64,000 bases of DNA from Bacteroidales bacterium (GCA_021738565.1 JAIPBT010000002.1:7774-71773), one strand, 5' to 3'; positions 1-10,809 are shown, counted from the first letter of the stretch. Notes: generated by a model from the letters alone, not told the origin. Made by a program: numbers and translations.

Positions 1-65
1 TAAGAAATTTATCATATGGTTCATATAATTCTATATTTTTACGACATGATCAACCTTTTATAAAA

Positions 66-656
66 ATGAAGCATACGTTGTTTGTATTTTTATTTCTGGC
101 CGCTGTTTCAAGCTCGTTTTCTCAGGGCATTTACAGAAATTTTCAGGAGCAATCGAATAAAAACAATGCATCGGGCATGCTTGTGCTTGGTGGATGGGCC
201 ATTACCAATATTGCCACCGGGGCAATAGGATGGTCCAATACAACGGGAACTGAAAAATATTTTTACCAGATGAATTTTATGTGGAACCTTGTGAACCTTG
301 GTATTGCAGGGTATTCTCTAAATACCTGGGAGAATATCAATCCCTGGAAATTCAACCAACAGCAGATCATGGAAAGGCATATTAAATTTGAGAACATTTA
401 CCTGATCAATACAGGCCTTGATGTGGTATATGCCGGTACAGGTTTTTTATTGAGACACCTTTCTGAAAGCAGCCAGAAACGCCCTGATCTGCTGATGGGA
501 TATGGGAATTCAATTATATTGCAAGGCGGCTTCCTGTTCCTGTTTGACGGGTTGATGTATGTGATTCAGAGAAATCACAAGGCCAGGTTCATAAAAAACC
601 TGGATTTGACAATTGTACCCAATGGTGCGGGGATTCATCTTACGCATTCTTTCTGA
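66..656 (+). CDS. hypothetical membrane protein
   Basis: 196-aa ORF. Signal-like N-terminus MKHTLFVFLFLAAVSSSFSQ, then several hydrophobic helices (GGWAITNIATGAIGW, NLVNLGIAGY, GGFLFLFDGLMYVI). No assignable motif. Confidence 0.5.
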   Translation: MKHTLFVFLFLAAVSSSFSQGIYRNFQEQSNKNNASGMLVLGGWAITNIATGAIGWSNTTGTEKYFYQMNFMWNLVNLGIAGYSLNTWENINPWKFNQQQIMERHIKFENIYLINTGLDVVYAGTGFLLRHLSESSQKRPDLLMGYGNSIILQGGFLFLFDGLMYVIQRNHKARFIKNLDLTIVPNGAGIHLTHSF

Positions 657-744
657 CAGGAATTATAGCAAAATGTTCTTGTCTGTTTCATACCAGCAAA
701 AATTGTTGCTAAATTTAATGGATCAATGATTTAATCCGACAGTA

Positions 745-2286
745 ATGAGGTTACAAATATTTTTCATATTGTTTTTTTTGCATTTAACAACTGCACAGAT
801 ATTCGCGCAGCCCGGTTCACTGGTTTCGCTGTCTGATATCACCTATCACAGTGATCTTGAAAAAAGCACTTTCTGTAACAAGTCTGACTCTGTTTCAGTG
901 CCATTTGAGTTCTACCTGGCCATAGATCCCGGCATTTCAGGTAAGGATGCAACTCATTACCGGGACTCCATGAATTTGGCATTGAATTTTCTGGAGCAGG
1001 AAAATATCGGTAAAAAGAAACCGTCACAAAAGATCAGTTTAATCTGTGATTTTGTGTATGACCGTTATTTGAAGGAGTATGATCCTGATGTGACATTGCC
1101 TGTGACGATGCAGGAGGGCAGGTACAATTCGCTGACTGCCGGTATACTCAGTACGCTGATACTAAAAGAACTGGACATCCCGTATTATGTAATGGCTTCC
1201 GGTTTCAATATATTTATTGTTTCCTACCCGGGCTCCGGGTCGGTTGCTATGGAATTCCCGGATCCCGGCAAGGAAAGAGAAGCGTATTCCAACCGCTACA
1301 AGCGCAATTATGTTTATGATTTGCGCCAATCCTATAAAATCTCAGAAACTGAATATACTTCGAAATCTGTTGACGAGATATTTGTTGCATGGACCAATAA
1401 GGCGGAGATAATCAATGAATCCGTCCTGGCAGGTATGCAGTATTATTTTGAAGCTGAAAGTAATTTACAGCAGCAGCAGTACAAGGAGGCCTATGAACTT
1501 GCCAAAAAGGCATATTATTTTTATCAAAGTGAGCACACCTCATATGTGTTGTCTGCTTCGTTACAGTTCCTGATCGAACTTTCTGATTTTGAAAATATTG
1601 GGGATGTGGATATGCTGTTAAAATTTGCAGAAATGAATACTGCAGATGCTGAACTGGTGACAGAGATGTTCCTGCGTGTCATTTCAAAATTCCAGGATAT
1701 GGAAGAGAAAAGATTGCATTGTGATGCATTGTATGGTCGATTGAAATCCGGATTGCAGGATAGTACAATGAAGGAACAGATTTCTTTCAGGTATAATCTT
1801 ACGATGAGTCTTCAATACCGCGGTTCAGAATATGAAGATCGTTATCTTATCGCTGCGCTGAAAGTGCGCGGCGATCAACCGGAACTTCAACGCCGCCTTG
1901 ATAATTATTATTACAACTTTTTCAGGGAAATATACGAGGATCCGGCCAGGACCATTGATGAGATCGAGCGGGTCAGGGGAAACGCACCTTTTCAATATCT
2001 TGACGGTACGCTCAACTTCTTTGAGATGCTTGCATCCCTAAAACTGGCAGGGACCAGCTACAAAGCTGAAAAGATCAGGGAAGGAGATCAATTTCTAACC
2101 AGATTTGAAGAACTCTGGTCTCCCGAATACAGCGATGATTATGTGGCCAATGAAATTGCCAAAACATACAGGACCCTTGCAGTATATTATTTTTATAATG
2201 GCAACAACGAGAAGGCAAAGTCTGTTGTTGACAGGGGGCTTGAATATGTTCCGGGGAACAGTTATTTGAAATCAGCTGTTTACTAA
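745..2286 (+). CDS. secreted hypothetical protein with helical repeat-like C-terminal half
   Basis: 513-aa ORF with a signal peptide (…LHLTTAQIFAQ). The Tyr/Glu/Lys-rich helical C-terminal half is reminiscent of TPR-like repeats. No catalytic motif recognised. Confidence 0.5.
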   Translation: MRLQIFFILFFLHLTTAQIFAQPGSLVSLSDITYHSDLEKSTFCNKSDSVSVPFEFYLAIDPGISGKDATHYRDSMNLALNFLEQENIGKKKPSQKISLICDFVYDRYLKEYDPDVTLPVTMQEGRYNSLTAGILSTLILKELDIPYYVMASGFNIFIVSYPGSGSVAMEFPDPGKEREAYSNRYKRNYVYDLRQSYKISETEYTSKSVDEIFVAWTNKAEIINESVLAGMQYYFEAESNLQQQQYKEAYELAKKAYYFYQSEHTSYVLSASLQFLIELSDFENIGDVDMLLKFAEMNTADAELVTEMFLRVISKFQDMEEKRLHCDALYGRLKSGLQDSTMKEQISFRYNLTMSLQYRGSEYEDRYLIAALKVRGDQPELQRRLDNYYYNFFREIYEDPARTIDEIERVRGNAPFQYLDGTLNFFEMLASLKLAGTSYKAEKIREGDQFLTRFEELWSPEYSDDYVANEIAKTYRTLAVYYFYNGNNEKAKSVVDRGLEYVPGNSYLKSAVY

Positions 2287-2320
2287 AACATTACCTTCCT
2301 TGTAATATGTATTGATACAT

Positions 2321-3520
2321 TCAGGCAATTCTTCCGGGGTAGACCTTCAATGCTTCGGTCAATACTTCCATGGCATTTTTCAGCTCCTCTTTTTTTAAGA
2401 CATAGGCAATCCTGACTTCCTGCTTGCCAAGTCCCGGGGTTGAATAGAAACCACTGGCAGGGGCCATCATCACGGTCTGGTTCCTGAATTCGAATTTACT
2501 CAGGATCCATTTTGCGAATTCATCCGTGTCGTCAACAGGCAGGTGCACGGTTGTATAGAAGGCCCCTCCGGGCAACGGGCATTTAACGCCGGGCATTTGA
2601 TTCAGTGCATCGACCATAAAATTGCGACGTTCAATGTATTCATCGTATACTTCCCGGAAATACGCGTCAGATGTATCCAGCGCAGCTTCACCTGCGATCT
2701 GACCAAAAGATGGCGGGCTCAGACGGGCCTGGGCAAATTTCAGCGCAGTGTCCAGCACTTCGCGGTTCTTTGTAACCATTGCACCAACCCGTGCACCGCA
2801 CATGCTGTACCTTTTTGAGACGGAGTCCATCATGATGACATTGTCTTCGACTCCTTTTAGATACATGGCAGAAAAGTGATGCTTGCCATCGTAACAAAAT
2901 TCACGGTATACTTCGTCGGAAAAAAGGTAGAGGTCATGCTTTTTAACGATGACAGCCAGTTGCTTCATTTCAGTTTCGCTGTAAAGATAGCCTGTGGGAT
3001 TGTTGGGATTGCAGATAATAATCCCCTTGGTTGCTGGTGATAATTTCTTTTCGAATTCCTCAATGGGAGGCAGGGCGAATCCTGAATCGATGGAGGATGT
3101 CACAGGTACAACTTTAACACCTGCCGCAATTGAGAAACCATTGTAGTTGGCATAGAACGGTTCAGGGCATATGACCTCTTCCCCGGGATTGACAGTAGAC
3201 ATCAGGGCAAATGAGATCGCTTCGGAACCGCCCGTTGTAATCAGTAATTCGGTATGATCAACGTTGATGTTGATTTCGCGGTATTTGTCAGACAGTTTCT
3301 TTCTATAGCTTTCATTTCCTGCCGAATGGCTGTATGCAATAACATCCTCTTTCAGATTTCTTACAGCCTCAAGCGCCACCTCAGGTGTCTTTATGTCGGG
3401 CTGCCCGATGTTGAGATGGTAGACTTTTCGACCCTTCTTTTTTGCTTCTTCAGCATATGGCACAAGTTTGCGAATGGGAGAGGCCGGCATGGCCAACCCT
3501 TTTTCTGATATTTTTGGCAT
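2321..3520 (-). CDS. PLP-dependent aminotransferase, class I (AspC/AlaT-like)
   Basis: 399 aa. Fold-type I pattern with IICNPNNPTGY and the PLP-lysine motif SVSKRYSMCGARVG. Confidence 0.85.
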   Translation of the reverse strand: MPKISEKGLAMPASPIRKLVPYAEEAKKKGRKVYHLNIGQPDIKTPEVALEAVRNLKEDVIAYSHSAGNESYRKKLSDKYREININVDHTELLITTGGSEAISFALMSTVNPGEEVICPEPFYANYNGFSIAAGVKVVPVTSSIDSGFALPPIEEFEKKLSPATKGIIICNPNNPTGYLYSETEMKQLAVIVKKHDLYLFSDEVYREFCYDGKHHFSAMYLKGVEDNVIMMDSVSKRYSMCGARVGAMVTKNREVLDTALKFAQARLSPPSFGQIAGEAALDTSDAYFREVYDEYIERRNFMVDALNQMPGVKCPLPGGAFYTTVHLPVDDTDEFAKWILSKFEFRNQTVMMAPASGFYSTPGLGKQEVRIAYVLKKEELKNAMEVLTEALKVYPGRIA

Positions 3521-3524
3521 GATA

Positions 3525-3929
3525 TTATGTTTTGTTCTTTGGAACTACTTTTCCTTTTACTATGAGTTTAACGGGTGAATTCCCTGCACTCGAATAGACA
3601 TAGACTGATTTCATGAAGGAGCCGGTCAGTGCAGTGTTGTACCTTACCTCAATGGTGCCGCTTTCGCCCGGTTCAACAGGTTTTTTGGGCCAGGAGGGGA
3701 TGGTACAGCCACATGATGACCTGACCCTGTTAATGACAATGGCACTGTCTCCAATATTTTTGAACTCTATTGTATAGCGTCCGTCACTGTCTTCTTCCAT
3801 CTCTCCAAAGTCATAGGTGGATTGGTCGAAATAGATTTCACGGCCTGTATTTTTCGCCTGTTGTTCATTATTTGAATTGCAGGAATACAGGAACATCAGA
3901 GCAATGATACCGGGAAAATACCTTATCAT
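3525..3929 (-). CDS. DUF1573 domain lipoprotein
   Basis: 134 aa. Lipoprotein-type signal (…LMFLYSC). The SCGCT motif and PGESGTIEVRYN strand are characteristic of DUF1573. Gap of 4 nt to the aminotransferase gene. Confidence 0.75.
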   Translation of the reverse strand: MIRYFPGIIALMFLYSCNSNNEQQAKNTGREIYFDQSTYDFGEMEEDSDGRYTIEFKNIGDSAIVINRVRSSCGCTIPSWPKKPVEPGESGTIEVRYNTALTGSFMKSVYVYSSAGNSPVKLIVKGKVVPKNKT

Positions 3930-4030
3930 ATACTTTTGTTTGTATCAGCATATAAAATTAATAGAATTTCAGGAATTTTGACATGGTAAAGAACATGCAG
4001 GAAAGATGTATTAAATCAGTTGTTAATGGA

Positions 4031-4324
4031 TTAATACATGTTCTCTATATTCCAGACGAATGCCCTTGCACCGACATTTTTATTGATCTCATCCATTTTC
4101 CTAACGGCTTCCAGAACAGGTTCGACCAGGTTGTCATCCACCACCGTTAACCTGGCTGTGTTCTGCTCAGGCCAGGTATGGGTATTCATATGCGGATCTC
4201 CGGTTTCTGATCCCCTTCCGGTGAGATCTGTCCAGCGAGTAAATCCCCTGATACCAAGTTTTTCAAACAGGTATTCTACTTTTTCTGTATGCGCCTGGTT
4301 GTATACAATAAAAATTGCTTTCAT
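4031..4324 (-). CDS. small P-II-like transporter-associated protein (PG0541-type)
   Basis: 97 aa, no signal peptide, alternating beta-alpha pattern. Lies immediately downstream of the RND permease, a position typical of the PG0541 family in Bacteroidota. The family assignment is from memory. Confidence 0.55.
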   Translation of the reverse strand: MKAIFIVYNQAHTEKVEYLFEKLGIRGFTRWTDLTGRGSETGDPHMNTHTWPEQNTARLTVVDDNLVEPVLEAVRKMDEINKNVGARAFVWNIENMY

Positions 4325-4399
4325 TCCTTAAAAAGTTTTATTTTCGTTCTGTAACATATGATATAATTAGGGTTTGCTGATGATCTATTTACATGACCT

Positions 4400-7300
4400 T
4401 TACCTGATATCTTCAAGAAATTCAAAATCTTCGTAAGATCTTCTTTTTCTGCGAGATCCGACAAACCAGCTGTAAACTACGGGTACAAGGATCAGTGTTA
4501 TGAAAGTTGAGAATATCAATCCGCCTATAACTGCAATGCCCATTGGACTCCATATCTCCGATCCGTCGCCGGTACTTAATGCCAGTGGAAGCATTCCGAG
4601 TATCGTTGTGAAGGATGTCATTAATACCGGTCTTAACCTTGATTTTCCTGACAGAACAATGGCTTCTTTCAGCTCATAACCACGGTCGCGCATCAGGTTG
4701 ATGTAATCGACCAGGACAATTGCATTCTTTACCACAATACCGATCAACATGACACCTCCCACCAGTGAGATGGTACTCATGGTGATTCCTGTAAATAGAT
4801 GCGCAAGGATTACACCGGTAAAAGCGAAAGGAATTGAGAACATGATGATAAACGGCATTTTATATGATTCAAACTGAGATGCCATAACTATATACACCAG
4901 TACAATTGACAGCAACAACAACAGTCCAAGGTCCCGGAAAGTATCTGCCATATCTTCCACGGCCCCTCCGGATTCAATGTAGACATCGGATGGAATATCC
5001 ATATTTTCGATGATCCTGTCAATTTCTGCAGAGATCACATTTACGGGAACTTTATATGGTGTGGTTGTTACGGTTACTATCCTTTGCCGGCTTTTATGTT
5101 CGATATTCGGAGGTACCCAGTATTCTTGAATATTTGCTATTTCCCTTAACCTCACAGATTGCCCCTGCTGGTTGGTCAGAAGGATATTGTATATATCCGA
5201 GATCGAATTCCGGTCTTCTTCATCAAACCTGATGACGATATCATATTCATAGCCTTTCTCACGGTATTTTCGCATGAATGGACCTTCGATCCTGTTCCTG
5301 ACAGCATTTGCAATAGTATAGGTATTCAATCCATGCATTGCCATCTTTTCACGGTCAGGAATAATTTGCAACTCCGGTTTGGTCGGATCGCGGCTGACTG
5401 TGATATTGGTGGCGCCGTTGACATTTTGCAGGCTGTCAGATAGCTGATTTGCAATAATGGAAGTTTTTGAAAAGTCATACCCGTATATCTCAATTGCAAT
5501 ATTGTTATCCATCATTCCACCCATTCCGCCGTTGGGAACTACATTGAATGTAACAATTTCAGGTATGGTGCTGAGATAATTCCTGAGGTTTTCGCAAATC
5601 TCCCAGACATTCCTGTCGCGTTCTTCCAGGTCGACAAGGCTGGCGGAAACATTGATAATGTGTGTTCCGGCTTCTGCAAACAGCGACATGATCCCTCCCT
5701 GATCGTCGGCCCCCGTTGAAGTGCTCAGGAGGTCAATCTCGGGATTGGTTTCGGTCAGGTAATTATCGATTAACCTGGCAATTTTGGAAGACTCATCCAC
5801 CCTGGTTCCGGTAGGCAACTCGATCATTGCCGTGAACCTGCCTTCATCTGCTTCCGGAAATACAACGAATCCAATGTTTTTGATCAGCAACAAAGAAGCT
5901 AAAAAAAGAAGAATTGCTCCCGATATAACGACCCATTTGATATTGAGTGCTACCCGCAGGGAAGATCCGTACACTTCATTCGTCCAATTGAGAAATCTCT
6001 CGATGGTCCTTTCGTATAGGCTCTTTTTGATCCTGGATGAATGATTGTGCAGTTTCAGAAGCTTTGAGGCAAGCATGGGGGTGAGTGTGATTGCTGCAAC
6101 TGTTGATGTCACCACAGTGATTGAGACCACAAAACCAAGTTGCTTGAACATCATTCCTGTGAGTCCTGATATCATTGTGAGGGGCAGGAAAACAGCAAGA
6201 ACCGTCAGTGTGGTCACGATCACAGCCAGCCAAACCTCATTGGTTGCATAGATGGCTGCTTCCCTGGGGCTGCTTCCCCTTTCCACATGTTTTGTTATGT
6301 TTTCCAGGACAACTATGGCATCATCCACAACCATTCCAATGGCTATTGAGAGTGACGAAAGAGAAATGATGTTAATTGAGTTTTCAGTAACAAAAAGGTA
6401 TACAAAAGAAACGATCAGTGAAATGGGGATTGTCAGTATAACAATAAAGGTCGCCCTCCATCTCCCCAGGAAAAACAGTACCACCAGTATAACAAAAACC
6501 CCAGCAAACGCGAGTGACCTGGTAAGGTTATTTATGGATCCCCTTATAAAATCGGATGAATCAAAGAACAGGGTAATTTCAATATCCGGAGGCAGTGTTT
6601 TAATGAGTTTGGGCATCATCTCCTTGATTTCATCTGAGATTTTTACCGTATTTGCACCGGATTGTTTCTGTACTACGATTCTTAAACCTGACTTCCCGTT
6701 TATCTTTTCATCGAAGCTGATGTCTCTGATAGTATCTTTCACTGTTGCAACATCACTCAGGTATACGGTCTGACCATTGAAGTTAGTAAGGACGATATCT
6801 TTAATCTCATCACTGCTGTTGAATTCACCCTGAATTCTAAGCGGATAATCCATCAGTCCCATTTCAATGTTCCCGGCCGGCAGGTTCAGATTTTCAGCAT
6901 TCAAGACTGCAGCTATCATTTCCACCGAAAGGTTATATCCTTCCATTTTTTGAGGATCAATATCAACTTGTATCTCTCTTCCGGGAGCACCGTTTATACC
7001 CACGGCACCCACCCCGTCGATCCTGTTCAGCGGATTGATGATCTTTTCATCAAGGATCTGCTCCAGCGCGGGGTAACTTTCATCGGCCGTAACTGAATAA
7101 TATAAGATGGGCATCATCGATGAATTGAATTTAAAAATTGCGGGTTTTGATACCTCATCAGGCAGGTAAGGTTCGACAAAGTTCATTGCATCCCGTATCT
7201 CATTGGTAGCTTCGTCAAGGTTCTTTCCAAACTCAAATTCAAGGACCACCACCGACATGTTGTCCCTTGATACCGAAGTAATATCTTTTAGGTCACTGAC

Positions 7301-7519
7301 CGTGTTCAGGTTACCTTCGATCAGGTCGGTCACATTTGTTTCTATATCTGATGCGCTGGCACCATCATACATGGTTAAAACTGAAATTGCCGGGAATTCA
7401 AGTTCCGGGTAAAAATCTATTGGCAGCTGTTTCAGGCTGTACCCACCCAGCACAACCACTGCAATGAACAACATGATGGTTGTAACCGGGTTCTTAACTG
7501 CTCTTCCGTATATGCTCAT
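4400..7519 (-). CDS. RND efflux transporter permease (AcrB/HAE1-type)
   Basis: 1039 aa. Shows 12-TM topology with two large periplasmic loops and a typical N-terminus (…VKNPVTTIMLFIAVVVLGGYSL…). Sits in an operon with adaptor and TolC genes. Confidence 0.92.
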   Translation of the reverse strand: MSIYGRAVKNPVTTIMLFIAVVVLGGYSLKQLPIDFYPELEFPAISVLTMYDGASASDIETNVTDLIEGNLNTVSDLKDITSVSRDNMSVVVLEFEFGKNLDEATNEIRDAMNFVEPYLPDEVSKPAIFKFNSSMMPILYYSVTADESYPALEQILDEKIINPLNRIDGVGAVGINGAPGREIQVDIDPQKMEGYNLSVEMIAAVLNAENLNLPAGNIEMGLMDYPLRIQGEFNSSDEIKDIVLTNFNGQTVYLSDVATVKDTIRDISFDEKINGKSGLRIVVQKQSGANTVKISDEIKEMMPKLIKTLPPDIEITLFFDSSDFIRGSINNLTRSLAFAGVFVILVVLFFLGRWRATFIVILTIPISLIVSFVYLFVTENSINIISLSSLSIAIGMVVDDAIVVLENITKHVERGSSPREAAIYATNEVWLAVIVTTLTVLAVFLPLTMISGLTGMMFKQLGFVVSITVVTSTVAAITLTPMLASKLLKLHNHSSRIKKSLYERTIERFLNWTNEVYGSSLRVALNIKWVVISGAILLFLASLLLIKNIGFVVFPEADEGRFTAMIELPTGTRVDESSKIARLIDNYLTETNPEIDLLSTSTGADDQGGIMSLFAEAGTHIINVSASLVDLEERDRNVWEICENLRNYLSTIPEIVTFNVVPNGGMGGMMDNNIAIEIYGYDFSKTSIIANQLSDSLQNVNGATNITVSRDPTKPELQIIPDREKMAMHGLNTYTIANAVRNRIEGPFMRKYREKGYEYDIVIRFDEEDRNSISDIYNILLTNQQGQSVRLREIANIQEYWVPPNIEHKSRQRIVTVTTTPYKVPVNVISAEIDRIIENMDIPSDVYIESGGAVEDMADTFRDLGLLLLLSIVLVYIVMASQFESYKMPFIIMFSIPFAFTGVILAHLFTGITMSTISLVGGVMLIGIVVKNAIVLVDYINLMRDRGYELKEAIVLSGKSRLRPVLMTSFTTILGMLPLALSTGDGSEIWSPMGIAVIGGLIFSTFITLILVPVVYSWFVGSRRKRRSYEDFEFLEDIR

Positions 7520-7542
7520 GGTTCCGATCTTTGCTAAATTTA

Positions 7543-8598
7543 TTAATTTACCACCTTTACTTTGTCTCCGTCCATCAGGTTAACATGACCCGCATAGATC
7601 AGTTGATCTCCTTCCTTCACGCCGTTTTCTAAAATCTCAAGTTTGTCATCCAGTCTTTCCCCCAGGGTAACCTGTATCTTATTTGCTGTTCCGTTTTTTT
7701 CAATAAAAACATACCTGTTGTTTGTTCCGGGCTGCTTTTGCACAGTTATGGCAGGGATCAGCAGAGCATCCCTGTCTCCAAGCTCCAGTGTAACCACACT
7801 GTACATTCCCGGTCTTAAAAGATAATCCGGATTTTTCATGCGAAGTTCAACAGTAAAGGTTCTTGTAGCCGCGTTAATGGTAGGATAGATACGATGCACT
7901 TTTGCTTCGGATACATCTTTCGGATATACTTCAGTTCTGACCTTTGCTGTCAGACTTTTTTTAACCAGAGGCAAATAGGTTTCAGAAAGATTGATAAATA
8001 CCTTCAGAACATCCATTTTTACCAGGCTTACAATGGCTGCTTTTCCGGCAGGTGTATTTGGAGCAGGGGAGAATAATTCACCATCATTGAAATACTTACC
8101 TGTGATTACAGCGTTGTAGGGTGCCCTGAGCGTGGTATTTTCCTCGAGGTTTTCCAGCATGACCCCGGTGACCTCTACCTGTGTCTTCATCTGATCATAT
8201 GACTGTTGGGAGATGGTGCCATACTGAATCAAAGTATCCATCCGGGCAAGATCCTTTTTCAGGTTTTCATATTGTACCCTGGTCTGGGATAACTGTGATT
8301 TGTCCATTCTCACGAGGACCTGTCCTTTTTTTACCCTGTCATTCACATCAACATCAATGGATCTTATTATTCCTGATATGCCCGGCGCAAGATAGGTTTC
8401 CTCCTCAGCCTCCAGGTTGGCAGACAACTTAACTGTCCTTTGTATGGTATTGTATTCAACCTTCATTGTCTTTACGGGATTAACAATTGCTGAAGCATCA
8501 TTTACCGGAGTTTCATTTTCAGAAGAACCCATTTGATTGCAAGAGACAAATGCAGCAGTGAATATGACCGGTATGGCGAATGATAGTAACTTTTTCAT
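7543..8598 (-). CDS. RND efflux periplasmic adaptor (MFP/HlyD family)
   Basis: 351 aa. Lipoprotein signal (…FTAAFVSC), with lipoyl/hairpin/beta-barrel order. Lies between the TolC and RND permease genes. Confidence 0.85.
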   Translation of the reverse strand: MKKLLSFAIPVIFTAAFVSCNQMGSSENETPVNDASAIVNPVKTMKVEYNTIQRTVKLSANLEAEEETYLAPGISGIIRSIDVDVNDRVKKGQVLVRMDKSQLSQTRVQYENLKKDLARMDTLIQYGTISQQSYDQMKTQVEVTGVMLENLEENTTLRAPYNAVITGKYFNDGELFSPAPNTPAGKAAIVSLVKMDVLKVFINLSETYLPLVKKSLTAKVRTEVYPKDVSEAKVHRIYPTINAATRTFTVELRMKNPDYLLRPGMYSVVTLELGDRDALLIPAITVQKQPGTNNRYVFIEKNGTANKIQVTLGERLDDKLEILENGVKEGDQLIYAGHVNLMDGDKVKVVN

Positions 8599-8608
8599 AT
8601 TTATACTT

Positions 8609-10078
8609 TTATAAGGTGCTTAAATTATTCATTAATTTTTCTAATTGAATCCTGGCGCTCATGACTTCGAACATGGCATTAAGGTATGTGCTTTGTGCAT
8701 CAAGGTAATTGCTGTTTGATTGTGTAACGTCAAGGCTTGAAGCCATGCCATGCTGATATTTTCGCTGGTAATTTTCAAGCAGGTTTCTGGCTACTTCAAC
8801 ATTTTCTTCTTGTGTGTTGTAATTTTCGAGACTGCTCTGAAGGTTGTATTTAAGCTGACGGTTCTGAAGTTCCAGTTGATCGCTCAATATTTCCGCATCA
8901 CGTTTTGATATCTCATAATCGATGCGGGCCTGGTCTGCTTTCGCATCCCTCATACCACTTGAAAATATTGGTAACGTAAATGAAAAACCAAGCATGTGAT
9001 TGGGTGTCATGTCAAAACCGGTTGTAAGGATCTTGAAATTGTAGTTATAAAAACCTGCCAGCGTGGGACCGTAATTCCATTTTTCCATGTTCCAGAGTTT
9101 TTTATTAATCTCGGCCTGGGATGTCAGTATCTGGTAAGTTATGTTTTCTTCCACTTTGAATTCTTTCATTAACAGGTTAACCGCTTCCATCTCGGTGAAA
9201 AGATTGTCCAATTCATCCGTAAGAATAATTTCACTTCCTGCAGGTAATCCAAGAGTAAATCGAAGCATGTTGTAATTGAGCTCGAGGTTGCGTTCCATCA
9301 TTCTTTTGGTGTTTTCAAGTTGATTCACTGTAATCTGGAATTGATCTGCATCGATTTGTTCTGCCATTCCTGCATCAACCATTCTTTTAGTCTGACCAAA
9401 TATTTTTTCCAGGTTCTCAAGATTTTGATCGACAAAACCAAGGGAACGTTCTGAGATCAGAACCAGGTAATAGGCATTGATTACAGATTCCTTGGTGCCT
9501 ATCTCATTGTTCTCCAGTGCCTGCTGTGAAATGATCTTTGCAAGTTTTGCCGTCTGGATCCCAACAATGTACTGGCCGCTGAAAACAAGCTGCGACAGTT
9601 GTAATTTTGCGGTAAGCTGATCGGACATCAGGATGGTACTGGGAGGCAGCATAGACTGCAGTTCAGAATCGAAGTAACTTCCTGCAAAGTGTATGTTGAG
9701 ATCCTGGGGAGTCAACATGGAAAACTGCGGCTGCGATAAAGTATTTGCTAAGGCTGTATTGATCTGATCCTGGGTGAAAGAAACATCACCTCCGCCAAAT
9801 TCGAATTCCAGCTCATAATTGAAATAGGTCATGTAATCCATGAGGAAATCTGCCTGCGGAAGGCCCTGGCTAATCGCCTCCCATATACTTCGTTCCGATT
9901 TCACAAGTTCCTGTCTTGCACTCATCAGGGATTTGTTTTTTTCCATTGCATAATTAACTGCTTGTTGCAGGCTTAGTTGAACCGGATTATCTCCCTGGGC
10001 ATGCAGAGAGGCAGTTATCAGCAGTGAAACAACAAAAATGATTGGTTTTGTCATATTATGCTTAGGTTGAATTTTCAT
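8609..10078 (-). CDS. TolC-family outer membrane efflux protein
   Basis: 489 aa. Signal peptide and two internally repeated coiled-coil/beta halves. First structural gene of the efflux operon. Confidence 0.85.
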   Translation of the reverse strand: MKIQPKHNMTKPIIFVVSLLITASLHAQGDNPVQLSLQQAVNYAMEKNKSLMSARQELVKSERSIWEAISQGLPQADFLMDYMTYFNYELEFEFGGGDVSFTQDQINTALANTLSQPQFSMLTPQDLNIHFAGSYFDSELQSMLPPSTILMSDQLTAKLQLSQLVFSGQYIVGIQTAKLAKIISQQALENNEIGTKESVINAYYLVLISERSLGFVDQNLENLEKIFGQTKRMVDAGMAEQIDADQFQITVNQLENTKRMMERNLELNYNMLRFTLGLPAGSEIILTDELDNLFTEMEAVNLLMKEFKVEENITYQILTSQAEINKKLWNMEKWNYGPTLAGFYNYNFKILTTGFDMTPNHMLGFSFTLPIFSSGMRDAKADQARIDYEISKRDAEILSDQLELQNRQLKYNLQSSLENYNTQEENVEVARNLLENYQRKYQHGMASSLDVTQSNSNYLDAQSTYLNAMFEVMSARIQLEKLMNNLSTL

Positions 10079-10083
10079 ATCGG

Positions 10084-10686
10084 TTATAAATTATTTTGTT
10101 GATCGATTAATTTTATCCCCTTGTCGGTTGAGATCCCCCGCAGGTAAGGAATCAGTATATTGTTAAACAATTCTTTCCTGTCATATCCTTCATTTGTGAG
10201 CCTGCTATCCGGACTGAAAAGGTTGAAAAGTTCGTGAAGCGTCAGGTTGATCAACTCCAGGTTAAGGTCTTTCCTGAATATGTCCTGTTCGGTTCCCTCT
10301 TTAAGTATTCGTCTTGTTATGGAATGATCCCGGATGTCACCTTTTTCCTGCAGTTTTTTAAAAATATCTGAATGAAAACGTTTCATGTCATGAAAGAAAA
10401 CAGGATTGATCTGTTTCATGATATTGATCATTCCGTTTAGCAGACTGAACAACACCTCGACAACATTCTGACTTCTGGTAAAAATTTCATTGGCGTCTTT
10501 TAGTTGCCTGGTTTTATAAAAGGAGATGACCTCCATGAGCAAAGTGTCCTTGTCCTTGAAATTCTCATAGATCGTTCTTTTTGAAATACCCATCTCTTCC
10601 GCAAGTGCATCCATCGTAACGCTTCTTATGCCATATTTCGAAAACATTGTTCCGGCTTCAACAATAATTCTTTCCCTGATTTCCAT
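10084..10686 (-). CDS. TetR/AcrR-family transcriptional regulator
   Basis: 200 aa. N-terminal HTH (…TMDALAEEMGISKRTIYENFKDKDTLL…). Lies 5 nt upstream of the TolC gene on the same strand. Confidence 0.9.
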   Translation of the reverse strand: MEIRERIIVEAGTMFSKYGIRSVTMDALAEEMGISKRTIYENFKDKDTLLMEVISFYKTRQLKDANEIFTRSQNVVEVLFSLLNGMINIMKQINPVFFHDMKRFHSDIFKKLQEKGDIRDHSITRRILKEGTEQDIFRKDLNLELINLTLHELFNLFSPDSRLTNEGYDRKELFNNILIPYLRGISTDKGIKLIDQQNNL

Positions 10687-10809
10687 AATTACAGAAATTT
10701 GTGCAATAATAGAAAAACTTTATTGGTTTTTTAAGTTTTTAACATTAATCTTTCTTGAAATTCGGTAACCGGCTGTTATTTTCCGGTGAAACTCCAGAAA
10801 AAGGATTTC

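Noticed and set aside
6252-6773. Long antisense or alternative-frame ORFs inside well-supported genes: 6252-6773, 13825-14358, 29946-30413, 32793-33236, 36070-36678, 39063-39506, 43664-44149, 54177-54758, 57728-58174 and 59521-59958
   Set aside because: Each lies entirely, or almost entirely, within a gene that has clear family motifs on the other strand or frame. Their sequences are low-complexity with no recognisable motifs, which is typical of shadow ORFs.
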